Part shown: positions 23,600 to 35,524 of the stretch, piece after piece
Layout: every line of letters starts with the position of its first letter
How positions within the stretch are numbered: the stretch's first letter is position 1
DNA from: Chiloscyllium plagiosum
Taxonomy: Eukaryota
Assembly: GCF_004010195.1 (NCBI RefSeq)
Contig: NC_057719.1
Coordinates: 82,985,324 to 83,049,323 of the forward strand
Direction of reading: 5' to 3'
DNA: 64,000 nt
Program-made: the position numbers and the translations under genes
Notes under the pieces: generated by a model
Database searches by the model: none
What the model saw: the letters and a program-made list of their open reading frames with translations, nothing else
Told to the model about the DNA's origin: nothing

Positions 23600-24455
23600 G
23601 TTGAGGGAATCTGCTATAACAGACGATCCATTATTGGAGAGAATTGACTGGAACAAGCAAGAGAGAATTCAATACATGAGGGAATCTTGTAGAGAGAGGT
23701 TACTGAAGGAAAGATTCAATTACTGGAGAGAGTGTACTGTGAGATGGGATTTTATAGATGGAATATCTGACAGTAGACACTCTAGTTCTGGAGGGAATTT
23801 GGTGTGAGAGAAATTGTCAGACAGCAGTGACTGAAAAGAATGAATGTGCGGGTCAGTGAGGAAGGATATGATGTGAGTTGCTCATTCAGATGGCTTTCAG
23901 TGGGTGGAATGGTCTCTTTCTGTGCTGTAACAGTTCTCTGGTTCTGTGAGGTAGAGGGAATCTATAGAGAGATCTACTTTAAAGTAATAGATAATCTATT
24001 TCTCAAGGGAAATCGAACATCATAAGGAATCTACTGGTCAGAGTGATCTCCTACTTCAGGTAAATCTAGTGCACTGGAGATTCTTCCAATGTGGAAAATC
24101 TACTGACAGAGGGAATCCATTTATAAGGGGAAAGCAAGAGTCAGGGAGAGTCTATTGGCTAGAAGGAATTTAATAGAAGGGGCGATCTAGTGCAACTGGA
24201 AAATTACTACTAATGGGGATCAATAGGAAATCTACTGTGAAGTGTGATCCACTGCCAACAGGAACTCATTACCGTCAGGGATCTACTACAAGACAGAACC
24301 TACTTTACAAATGGGAAAATAGAGATTGGCAGACAGAAGGGATCAAGTGGTAGAGGAAATCTATTACTCTAACAAATCTTCTGCTAGAAGGACTCTGTTG
24401 CTTGAGAGGTTCTGTTATTGATGGAGGAACTGGTGCAAAAAGGAATCTAACACAA
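23600..24455. repeat. Highly decayed short-unit tandem repeat (gagggaatctactg-like)
   Basis: Recurrent g(g/a)aatcta(c/t)t motifs at roughly 17-20 bp spacing. Confidence 0.6.
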
Positions 24456-25159
24456 GAGGAGGGGCTTGGCTGCTGGATTTCTAACTCTCTAACCTCCACC
24501 AGCCTGACAACACAGTGCTGATACCTGTGCTCCTCAATCTCTGGCATCATGAGCAACAGTTGACGTCTTTACCAGGGACCCGCTTTCCCTTGACTGGGCC
24601 CCAAGCTTCAGAATTCTCTCCCTGCCCCTCTTCACCCATTGACCTCAATGTCCCCCTTTAAAACACTCCTTAAAACCTACCCCCTTTTGACCCAGCTTTT
24701 AGTCATCTGACCAAATACCTCCTTGCGGGTTACGGGGTCGTAATTTGACTTTAGAATGTCTTATTTTACTAAAGGTCGCTACACAGATACAGGTTGTTGG
24801 TGCAAGTGGGAATTAGAAACGGAGGGGGACATACTGGAGGTTTCCGTTGCTGAGGATACTATGTCTCCTTCTGAGTGTGGTTCTGTGCAACTGACCCAAT
24901 GTCCAACCCTAGGGTCCTGTCAGAGAGCTCCCTGTGCCAATGCGATCTAATAATGTGCCTATAGAGTTAACCTTTGCTTGTGTTGCAGGAGATGTACCCA
25001 CTTCTTCTGCTGGTGTTAGTAATTTAACCAACAGTGCTACCCTCGGTCTCTTGCTCATCATTATTATTATGACTGTGATTAATTTCTGTTTTAGATTTTT
25101 GCAAGCATACTTTTCCATATATAGCTATTGGTTTTACCTCTTGACCTGTTTTATTATTT

Positions 25160-25390
25160 GTTCGTGGGATGTGGGCGTCGCTGGCTAGGCCTAGCATTTT
25201 CTGCCCATCCCTAATTGCCCAGAGGGCAGTTAAAAGTCAGCCGTACCACTGTGGGTCTGGAGTCACATGTAGGCCAGACTAAGGAAGGGTGGCAGTTTCC
25301 TTCCCTGAAGGGCATTGGTGAACCAGATGGCGTCTTCCCAACACTTGACAATGGATTCCTGGTCATCATTAGACTCTTAATTCCAGATTT
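25160..25390 (+). mobile_element. Elasmobranch SINE-like repeat (also ~44900-45435, 51910-52240; antisense ~14170-14375, 17520-17720, 48625-48740)
   Basis: Shared core gtgggtctggagtcacatgtaggccagacc...ggcagtttccttccct found in many copies in the window. Confidence 0.75.
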
Positions 25391-26044
25391 GTCATTTTTG
25401 CTGTTTTCCCTTGTTGTGTTTCTTTTTAATTTTTTTTTGACGGAGGAGTATTATTGATTAGGGTCTGCTTGAGAAAGACCTGTGCCCGAAACGTCGATTC
25501 TCCTGCTCCTCGGATGCTGCCTGACCTGTTGCGCTTTTCCAGCGCCACACTCTCGACACTGGTTGAGGCCAAGTGGAAATTGGTGACCGAATGACGGTGA
25601 TATGCCAATTGAGTGAGAACTCGACAGAGTGTAAACAGGGAACAGGTAACCAGAGCGGGCTGGAGTTGGTGATGATCTGAGTTGGAATAAACCGAGTAAG
25701 CTTGTGCCTGTCTGTCTATCCAACATTTAACGCCTGGTGCTCAAACTGACGTCAAGGTTTGCAGTTTGTTCCAATCCTGTAGGCCCACCAGGCCATGAAC
25801 ATGAGTAAGCAGGGGCTGAATGACCCACGTCTTTTCTTCCCCTTCTTCTTGTGCCCCCTGTCAGACGAGTACAGGTTGGGCATCTACCCATGCGAGGAGG
25901 TACTGACACTGATCCCTTTAGCCCCCACCCGGGATGGATGCAGTTTTTGTTTTGTCTGTTGTCCATTTGTCTGTCAGGGAACCTGCTGACGGATTCTGCC
26001 CTCTCCTGCGGTTTGCACCATAATTCACGATCTGTTTCTCTTAG

Positions 26045-26171
26045 GGCCAGAAGTGCCAGAGCGAAGGACTTCCTGGGCCCCTGTGATAATTGGAGTTCTC
26101 TGCGCTGCCTTAACTTTAATCAGCGTGCTTCTCGTTGTGTACCACATCCGCAGAAAGGAAATGCAGTTTGG
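26045..26171 (+). CDS. TYRO3: TYRO3-like transmembrane exon (GPEVPERRTSWAPVIIGVLCAALTLISVLLVVYHIRRKEMQFG)
   Basis: ttctcttag acceptor, gtaggt donor; 127 nt, phase 1 to 2. Hydrophobic helix followed by a basic RRKE stop-transfer. RTSW.PV..GVL and KE..FG resemble TYRO3. Confidence 0.92.
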
Positions 26172-26776
26172 GTAGGTTCATCGTCATTCTGCCATTGGCG
26201 GCTGTGCATTCCATTACCTCACCCCCTAACGTCGGTTCTCAAACTGGACGTTACACTGAAGTATTTGAGTGAACGAAGTAAAATAATCCTTCCCCTGCCT
26301 CTGATCTGGGTTCAGTTCTGCCTTCACTCCAGAAGGCATTACTGCGGTTCAGAAGGGCAAAGTGGAGTGCTAAGAATGGTGTTTGTAGGGTCCCTAACAG
26401 ACTTGCTAAGGTGAATGTGGAAAGGATATTTCCTGTTCTGGGGGAGTCCATAACTAGGAGGCACTGTCTTTGAAAATTAAGGCTCACCTTTTTGGAACTG
26501 CGATTTTGTTTTTCTCTCTCCCTCTGAGGGTTGAACGACTTTGAAACCTTGCCTTTGGCAGGAGGGTCGCTGTCAGTGATGGAGGTAGAGATGGATTCTT
26601 GTGAGCCAGGGGAGTGGTGTGGTGGTAGTGTCCCAGCATCTGAACTAGGAGGCTGGGGTTCGACTCCCATGTGTGTAAAAGCATCTCCGAACAGATTGAT
26701 TAGAAAAATAGGTTAAACTAAGGAAAGGAATCCAGTGAATCCAACTGCTGACTTGTTCTTGTCATTCTCTCCACAG

Positions 26777-26877
26777 GGAGGCCTTTGGCCCTATTTCTGA
26801 CGGAGTGGGGCAGATGGTACAGTACAGGGCAGGAAGAGTCTACAACCGCAGGGGGGCAGAACGCATCGAGGCGACTT
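26777..26877 (+). CDS. TYRO3: TYRO3-like juxtamembrane exon (EAFGPISDGVGQMVQYRAGRVYNRRGAERIEAT)
   Basis: ctctccacag acceptor, gtacgt donor; 101 nt. The ERIEAT motif is typical of TYRO3. Confidence 0.92.
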
Positions 26878-28290
26878 GTACGTAAAATCGTTTGATTCAT
26901 CACATATGGTCATAGATTTGTCTTTGTAGCCAAATAAGCATCACATTGAACAGTCAAGCCCAAATCCAGGGCCTTGTGGTTTGGAATAAGCGTGCCCATA
27001 ATCCATTCAGGAATGTAGCAACAAGAACCAGCATTGGTAGCTGTCTCTCGCGTTGTATCTGTACATTGTTTCGTGTCACTGACCTCACCCCCAAGGTTTT
27101 ATCTGCTTACAGTTAAGGATGTCATCCTGTTTGATGTTACAGGCACCCCCTCACTCTTGAGACTTTCAGACTCAACTGTTCCAATGTCCTTCTGACTGAT
27201 CTCAAAGAGATTATCCAAAACGTTGCTGCCTGTGTATTACCCTGCAACAGGTCCCATTCCCTTGTCACTAGTCAAGCACCAAATGGAACAGTGTCATTCT
27301 GGTTTTCAAATCACCTCATAGTGATCACACCTGTACTGCTGTGATCTCCCCTAGTTCCACAACCCTCCAAGATATCTGGGCTCCTCTAATTCTGACCCCT
27401 TGTGCTTTCCTAGTTATAATTTCCTGATTGGCAATATTTACTAGTTTGCTATTTACCAGTTACTATGGGTAGCTTTGCGTTCAGTTGCCTAGGCCCCAGA
27501 ATCCAGCATTTCAATGCCTCGGCCTCTCCGCTTGGATTTCCTGCTTTCCGATGTGTCTTAAAGCCAACATTCCTGGCCAATTAAAAACGGAAATTGCTGG
27601 GAAATTTCAGCATTGGTGGAGAGAATTCAGAGTTAACATTTCCGGTCCCAGTGAGCCTTCCTCAGAACCAATGGTAGCTTGGAAAAGGTTGGTTTTAATG
27701 CAGGAGATGGAGTCGGGGGAGGGTGTAAGGAGTAAATGCTAGGTGGGGATAGAGCCCATTTCTGGCCAAGTGTTAGCTTGTCTGTCCTCATGTTTCTTCA
27801 CATGATTCAGGATCATATCTTGTTTTCTAATACACTTGCAAAGCACCTTGCAATCTTTCATTACACTACAGGGCTCCACCAACATAAGCTGTCATTGTTT
27901 ATGGGACCAGGACATCAGAGCGATGTTCTGTTCAGACAATTTGAGGAGGTTCGCTTCTGCGTTAAGCTGGAGAGCATCAAAGGATTGACACCTGAGCCAC
28001 AGATCAGTTCGAGAATTAAAGACATGGTTGAAAGAGTGATGTGAGAAGGTGGTGTTTTGATTATGGGGGGCACTCGCATCAGTACTGAGGGAAGCCAAAG
28101 CTATTCTGGGGGGGTTCATTCAAATAAGTGTGGAACCAGTGTCCTGGCCAATGGTATAACTAGTGCAACAGTGGGAGTGGGCTGATGGAAAGATTCGGAG
28201 AGACTTAGAAATCTAAAGAGAAAGATCAAGGCATTAGAACTGTGTCACCATCTGGGGAAGGACCAGCAAACTGGGTATGAATAGACAGAG

Positions 28291-28490
28291 CTGAAAATGT
28301 GTTGCTGGAAAAGCGCAGCAGGTCAGGCAGCATCCAAGCAACAGGAGAATCGACGTTTCGGGCATAAGCCCTTCTCATGCCCAAAACGTCGATTCTCCTG
28401 TTCCTTGGATGCTGCCTGACCTGCTGCGCTTTTCCAGCAACACATTTTCAGCTCTGGTCTCCAGCATCTGCAGCCCTCACTTTCTCCTCA
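28291..28490. mobile_element. Penelope-derived palindromic element, family A
   Basis: Inverted arms; 14-bp TSD atgaatagacagag at 28277-28290 and 28491-28504. Confidence 0.85.
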
Positions 28491-28769
28491 ATGAATAGAC
28501 AGAGTTCAACAAAAAATGTACATCAGTGGAGAAGATCATTGCAGGTAATAGATTGGAGTTTGTAACAAAAAGGCAGCGCAATAATTGTGGGGATTTTCAT
28601 CTTTGTATAGACTTGGAGAATCAAATAGCAAGAGTGCTCTGGGAGATAAGTTTGTGGAATGATTTTATGACAGTTTCCTGCAGAACTGACTAGAGATAAG
28701 GTTATCCCAGGTTTAGAGTTTGTAATGAGGCAAGGGTAATTAGCAATGACATAATATAAGATCTTTGAA

Positions 28770-29870
28770 GAGAAAGTGAGGGCTGCAGATGCTGGAGATC
28801 AGAGCTGAAAATGTGTTGCTGGAAAAGCGCAGCAGGTCAGGCAGCATCCAAGGAACAGGAGAATCGACGTTTCGGGCATAAGCCCTTCTTCAGGAATGAG
28901 GAAAGTGTGTCCAGCAGGCTACCTGTACCTTCACACATATCATCTATTGCATCCTTTGGCCCCAAAGGAAACTTCCATATCCGCCACAGATTCACCTGTA
29001 CCTTCACACATATCATCTATTGCATCCTTTGGCCCCAAAGGAAACTTCCATATCCGCCACTGATTCACCTGTACCTCCACACATATCATCTATTGCATCC
29101 TTTGGCCCCAAAGGAAACTTCCATATCCGCCACTGATTCACCTGTACCTCCACACATATCATCTATTGCATCCTTTGGCCCCAAAGGAAACTTCCATATC
29201 CGCCACTGATTCACCTGTACCTCCACACATATCATCTATTGCATCCTTTGGCCCCAAAGGAAACTTCCATATCCGCCACAGATTCACCTGTACCTCCACA
29301 CATATCATCTATTGCATCCTTTGCACCCGATGTGGCCTCCTCTATATTGGGGGGACAGGCCGCCTACTTGCGGAGCGTTTCAGAGTTTGCACCCGATGTG
29401 GCCTCCTCTATATTGGGGGGACAGGCCGCCTACTTGCGGAGCGTTTCAGAGTTTGCACCCGATGTGGCCTCCTCTATATTGGGGGGACAGGCCGCCTACT
29501 TGCGGAGCGTTTCAGGGAACACCTCTGGGACACCCGGACCAACCAGCCGAACCACCCTGTGGCTCAACACTTCAACTCCCTCTCCCACTCCACCAAGGAT
29601 ATGCAGGTCTTTGGATTCCTCCATCGCCAGACCACAACAACACGATGGTTGGAGGAAGAGCGCCTCATCTTGCGCCTAGGAACCCTCCAACCACAAGGGA
29701 TGAACTCGGATTTCACCAGTTTCCTCATTTCCCCTCCCCCCACCTTGTCTCAGACAAATCCATCGAACTCAGCACCGCCTTCCTAACCTGCAATCTTCTT
29801 CCTGACCTCTCCGCCCCCACCCCAGTCTGACCTATCACCCTCACTTTGACCTCTTTCCACCTATCACATT
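28770..29870 (+). mobile_element. Penelope-like element fragment with GIY-YIG endonuclease and internal tandem duplications
   Basis: HIIYCILCTRCGLLYIGGTGRLLAERFREH...PVAQHFNS..H...EERLILRLGTLQPQGMN is a GIY-YIG domain with PLE-type Cys/His residues; a family A terminus sits at its 5' side. Confidence 0.9.
28862..28897 (-). ncRNA. Minimal type I hammerhead ribozyme motif
   Basis: Minus strand auuc-CUGAAGA-A-GGGC-UUAU-GCCC-GAA-ACGU-C-gauu. Confidence 0.65.
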
Positions 29871-30124
29871 TCAGTGACCATAACACAATTGAATTCCACA
29901 CAATTGAATTCCATGTTCACTGAGAAATTGATATATTCCAAACAGATACAAGAATCTTAAATTCAATGTCAATTACACAGATAGGGGGAGAGAGCTGACC
30001 ATGGTTAGTTAGCAGGTAGACAAAAAGATATGGCAATAAACAAAGAGTTTGAAACATTTAAAGAAATAATACAAAGTGTGCAAAAAAAATTTCCATTTGA
30101 AAAACAAAAGCTCAGCAAGAAAGA

Positions 30125-30690
30125 CCATAAGTCATAGGAGCAGAAATTAGGCCATTCAGCCCAACGGGTCTGCTCCCACATTCAATCATGGCTGATAAGT
30201 TTCTCAACCCCATTCTCCCACTTTCTCCCCATAACCCTTGATCCCCTTGATGCTCAAGAACCTATCTGTGACAGTCTTAAATATACTAAATGACCTGGCC
30301 TCCATAGCCTTTTGTTGCAATGAGTTCCACAGATTCCCCACTCTCTGGCTGAAGGTGTTTCTCCTTATCTCCATTCTAAAATGTCTTCCCTTTACTCTAA
30401 GGCTGTGCCTTCAGGTCTTAGTCTGTCCGAACAATGGAAACATCTTCCCAACATCCAGGCCGTTCAGCATTCTGTAAGTTTCAATTATATTCCCCCTCAT
30501 CCTTCTAAACTCCATCGAGTATAGGCCCAGAGTCCTCAAATGTTCCTCATACTGTTAAGCTTTTCATTCTTGTGACCATTCTGGTGAACCTCGTCTGAAC
30601 ACACTCCGAGTCCAGTATATCCTTCCTGAGATAGGGGGCCCAGAACTGTGCAGAGTACTCCAAGTGTGGCCTGAGCAGAGCCTGACAGAG
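30125..30690 (-). mobile_element. CR1 LINE 3' fragment nested in an older + strand CR1 (~28530-32400)
   Basis: Near-identical to the 10150-10720 copy; flanks carry + strand CR1 endonuclease/RT remnants. Confidence 0.85.
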
Positions 30691-31109
30691 AAATACCCAT
30701 CCATGGCTCACTTAGGAATTCGAGGGTAATACTAGATTCATGGAATAGTAGCAAAGCTTGAGAATAAGTCTGAGGTTTGTGAATGTCTTAGAAGCTGGCA
30801 AAGGGCCAACAGAAAATTGGTAAGAATATCAAAACAATTTGTTTGAGCTTTTGTAAGTGAATAACAAAGGAAGGGAGTAGCTGAAGTAGGTGGAGATTGC
30901 TTAGGAGCAGGAGAGAGGAGGAATTATTGTGGGGAGTGAGGCACCGAACAAAATCTGTGCTTTAACAGTGGAGGGCAAAGGTTCATACTATAAGTAGAGG
31001 GTAACCTAGGGCTGATTAATGGAGTTATGAAAAATATTGACAAACCTCGAGGAGCTTAAACCTAACAAATTCCTACAACCTGCTAACCTCAGGTTCAAAA
31101 AGAGATAAG

Positions 31110-31330
31110 CTGCTGGAAAGGCACAGCAGGTCAGGCAGCTTCTGAGGAGCGGGAAAGTCGACGTTTCAGGCCAGAGCCCTTCATCAGGAACGAGGCCCTC
31201 ATTCCGGACGAAGGGCTCCGGCCCGAAACGTCGATTCTCCTGCTCCTCCTTTGCTGCCTGACCTGCTGCGCTTTTCCAGCAACGCACTCTCAACTCTGAC
31301 CTCCGGCATCTGCCGACCTCACTGTCTCCC
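31110..31330. mobile_element. Penelope-derived palindromic element, family A, with two inverted hammerhead-like cores
   Basis: Minus strand ctgatgaagggctctggcctgaaacgtc; plus strand cggacgaagggctccggcccgaaacgtc (core mutated). Confidence 0.8.
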
Positions 31331-31989
31331 TTCGAAAAGCGATAGCTGCCTGGAGATTAGATGCGTGAACAATGGCTTTCCAAAATTGCCTAGATTTGGG
31401 AATTGGCCCGTCGGATTGGAAGTTGCCAAATGTTATATCATTTTACAAACAAGGAGGAAGAGAAAGAACAATGAGCTCTAGACCAATTACTCATCAGTCA
31501 TTGGGAAAGCACTGGAATCTATGATAAAGTAATCATTAACAATGCAGTCAGTGAAGCATTGTCTGATTGGAACAAGTCAATATAATTTTACTAAGGGGTT
31601 ACCTAGTTTGACAGATTTCTTTGAGGATGAAATAATAGGGTGGATAAAGGACCAGAGTAAAACTAGAATACTAAAAGGTGTTTGATAAAGTGCCACAGAA
31701 AGGAGACTGAAGGGTGACCTTATAGAAGTCATTTAAAATCATAGATAAGGTAGATAGCCAACAGCTTCTCCCCACGGTAGGGGAGCCTAAAGCCTAGAGT
31801 GCAGCGGTTTAAGGTGAGCGGGGAGAGATACACAAGGGTCCAGAGGGGCAATTCTTTTCACACTGAGGGTATGGACCAAACATAGGAAAATGGGACTAGA
31901 TTACTTTGTGAAAACTGGATGGCATGGGCAGGTTGGGTCGAAGGGCCTGGTTCCATGCTGTCAACCTCTATGACTCTATAACAGCCATG

Positions 31990-32185
31990 ACGTGGAGGAG
32001 CCGCTGTTGGACTGGGGTGGACAAAAGTTAAAAATCACACAACGCCAGGTTATAGTCCAACAGGTTTACTTGGAAGGACTAGCTTTCGGAACACAGCTAC
32101 CTGATGAAGGAGCAGTGCTCTGAAAGCTAATGCTTCCAAATAAACCTGTTGGACTATAACCTGATGTTGTGTGATTTTTAACATT
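31990..32185. mobile_element. Penelope-derived palindromic element, family B, with + strand hammerhead core at 32101
   Basis: Arms aaaatcacacaacgccaggttatagtccaacaggttt / aaacctgttggactataacctgatgttgtgtgatttt; ctgatgaaggagcagtgctctgaaagcta. Confidence 0.8.
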
Positions 32186-32975
32186 GTCTTTAAAAGCCAA
32201 TAGGCAGGATAAGGTCTCATGTTGTTTGATAATACAGTACCGTACAGAGAGTAATACTTAATGGACAAGAAGCAGAGACATAACAAAGAACATATTTAAG
32301 TTGGCAAATAGTAAATACTGGAGTGCTGCAAGGGCCAGTATTGAGGCCTCAGCCACTTTACAGTCAATGTGAATGATTTGGATGAAAAAAACAGGGAGTT
32401 TGCTGAGCCAGGGACCCACCCCTCTGCCAGGGGTAAATGGGGACTGAGTGGTAACTTGCATATCCCTGGTTCACTGAGACAGATATATATGTAAAAGTGC
32501 AGCTTGCCTTAAAACAGATCTGTTTTCATTAGCAGCATGTACAAAACACAAGTTGTGAAGCTTACACTTTTCAGGCGAAGGTATAAATTGATCAGAGTTC
32601 TTTGGAAAGGTATGATGCCCATTGGAAAGATGAAGTACCTGTTCAGATATCCCCAGGGACACCTTCAGGAGAGGCCAAGTGCTCTTTGGGATTGTTAAAA
32701 ACGGCCATGACTGTGGATAAACTAATTGGAACTGTCAGGATGCCAGGGCATTTACATCTCCTGGCCTTTAACTCTAAAAGGTCTGACGTTTTTGAAAATA
32801 ATTCAGTCTTTGTTATTCCCCTCTGTTCGGTTGACATAAGCCTGACGCTCACCGTTACAGGATTTGTGCTACATGACTGTTTTCATAAGCTAGGAGAAAG
32901 TGAGGACTGCAGATCAGATCGAAAGTGTGATGCTGGAAAAGCACAGCAGATCAGGCAACATCCGAGGAGTAGGAG

Positions 32976-33010
32976 AATCGACGTTTCGGGCATTAGCCCT
33001 TCATCAGGAA
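32976..33010 (-). ncRNA. Minimal type I hammerhead ribozyme motif in a Penelope family A fragment (~32893-33010)
   Basis: Minus strand uuc-CUGAUGA-A-GGGC-UAAU-GCCC-GAA-ACGU-C-gauu. Confidence 0.65.
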
Positions 33011-33404
33011 TTAGCTCTCATTATCACAGTGGGTGGACTGTCAGGTCAGAATTTGATTGACAGCTCCAAGTGTTTGTAAAGATTTTGAAATGGGGTGATA
33101 AATACCCCATTTTTTATATAGAAGGAATTAAGTAGTTGAAGAGGTTTGAATCTAGTGAATGGATTTTTATCACAAGAGTATTTATTTTTAAACAGTGAGA
33201 TCATCCTAGGCACTTTGAACTTTATTTTATCTCAGCATTGGTTCTGAGGTCTGCACCAATGATGGCCATTGGATGAGTTGGCATGGAGGATGTAAGGGCA
33301 GGAGTCAGTCAGGGGGGGGTGGTTTGTCTTGAGGATGGGTAGAGGCATTCGTTGTGATGGAGGTTTTGTTGGGTTGGGTGTGTGATTGGCTGGAGTTGGC
33401 ATGA

Positions 33405-33618
33405 GCTGAAAATGTGTTGCTGGAAAAGCGCAGCAGGTCAGGCAGCATCCAAGGAGCAGGAGAATCGACGTTTCGGGCATAAGCCCTTCTTCCTGAAGAA
33501 GGGCTTATTCCCGAAACGTCGATTCTCCTGTTCCTTGGATGCTGCCTGACCTGCTGCGCTTTTCCAGCAACACATTTTCAGCTCTGATCTCCAGCATCTG
33601 CAGCCCTCACTTTCTCCT
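33405..33618. mobile_element. Penelope-derived palindromic element, family A
   Basis: Near-perfect ~87-bp arms centred on cttcttcctgaagaag; 14-bp TSD tggagttggcatga at 33391-33404 and 33619-33632. Confidence 0.88.
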
Positions 33619-34729
33619 TGGAGTTGGCATGAACAAAACACAGGGAGTGCTTGGGGATGTGAGTGCTGAGGACTGGTTATATAGAGGGCTGCTTTCTCTT
33701 TTTGTTTTAATCTTTCCCTAACAAGTATCAGACCACCAGGGCGGTCCTCAACATGTGACGATCTCTGCAGCATTTCTGGAATGACAAGTCAGACCCAGCT
33801 CCCATTAACACCCACCCCTCTAGCAACACAAATACGGCAGCAGTCATGGAGAGAGAAAAACAGAGTTCGATTCCAAATCCAGCGCAAGTCTCCTTCAGAA
33901 CTCCAGTTCACCTGCTGAGTTCCTCCAGTGTTCTCTGTGTTTGCTTCAGATTTCCAGCATCTGCTGTACTTTGCGTCCATTGAAGAATAGTAAGGGAAAA
34001 TATTAAAAATCAAAGGCTTTCCCAGACCAGGAGCCAATGTAGGTCAGCGAGTGCAGGCATTATAGAGGATATTGTCTCTTTAATGATAACATCGTCATCT
34101 CTCCTGGACTTCTGCCCTATTTCCAATTGGGTGCCCTGAGGTACACTCACTGTGGGGCATATGGAATAACTCTCTCTCCAACTTCCAATTCTATCCAAAT
34201 TGGATTTACCATTCATGCATCCCACCTGAGAGAGGCTAACATCTTGGGTTGACCGTTTCCTCGATGTGGAAATAGTCAGTGAGCAGACCAGGATGAGAGT
34301 GGGTGAAAGGGCAGGTGATAACAGGCAGGGCAGAATACATAGTGACAGAAGACAGGGATTTGTTAGAGTGCGTGGCAACTGGCAGTAAGGTTGGTAACCA
34401 AGCAACACATTGGAAGGGATTGACAAAAGGCCTGGATATGAAATTGAGAGTAATGAGCTAGATGATCTGAAATGCTCTACCGGAGAACTTTCAAAAGAAA
34501 ATTGGATAAATACTTGAGATTCTGGGAACAGAATGGGGAAATCGGACTAATTGGGGAGCTTTTTCACAGAGTTAAGTAAAGAGGTTCCTTCTGTCTTACA
34601 ATGGTCTACTTTTCAGATGACTAGATGTAAACTGTGAATAGATAATTAGAGGATGTGGAGAGCAATATTAACTTAGGATTTCTCAAAATAGGTTTGAAAG
34701 TTATATCTCAAAAGTATCAGCTCGCTGTT

Positions 34730-35460
34730 TCGTGCTGCCACTATATAGAAGCAACATGAATGGGTTCATCACTGACAGGATCCGCTGTCAAGCCAAAAAG
34801 ACATTCTGCCTATCAGACAAATGAATAGAGCGGTATGTGAATTTTGATGCCGGTGTATTGCCATACGTCCCAAAAGCTGCAGGTTGTGTCAGACAGCATA
34901 TCCTTTCATCTGCTCACAACATAAGGAAGTACTGGCTGTACCTGAACCAGCCAGTGCTTATAATTAGTGATTCTGCAGTTGGACAGCATTTGTCAAATAA
35001 TCCTAAATGTGTTCCAAAAGTTAAGCTGATAACAGATGCGGTAATGTTGCTCAGGCTTGCAGTACGGTGAACATGAGTGCTCTGGAATCTACACATATTA
35101 ATGCACAGAGCCATTTACAGACAGAGACAACAAGTCCATGCCCTGCATCTGTTTCAACTGAACGAAATGGTGGCAGCCATTTGCTAGTTCGTTTCTCAAG
35201 GAAATGCCTAAACCAATCAGAGTTCAGCTACCTGGTTTAAAATGTAACCAAAGCCTGGCAATCAATTGTCAATCATCATTAAGTTGTGCATTCTCCATGG
35301 CAACATTTTTACCAATCAAAGACCATTTGCCAAACAAGGAGCTCTCTCCTCCTGTGCTGTATAAAAGTGGGGGGGTTTTTTCCCCCTTGAAATGGTATTT
35401 TTGTGAATTGTCCCAATGAGGTGAAAATTCAAATTTTCAACAAAATGTGTCTTTTGTCAG
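34730..35460 (+). mobile_element. Old Penelope-like GIY-YIG remnant
   Basis: Degraded V.EF.CRC...HTSQKL and SDSAVGQHLSNNPKC resemble the PLE endonuclease. Confidence 0.55.
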
Positions 35461-35524
35461 CAATATTTCAGAGGAATTGACGGCTGAAACAGAATTCTAA
35501 TTATTTTAACCAGTTGTTTCCATG

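Noticed and set aside
28921..29320. Regular repeats resembling a CRISPR array
   Set aside because: Head-to-tail units without unique spacers, eukaryotic context, no cas genes.
29166..29786. 206-aa ORF as a functional gene
   Set aside because: It is the repeat-expanded Penelope endonuclease fragment with a non-ATG start and no RT.
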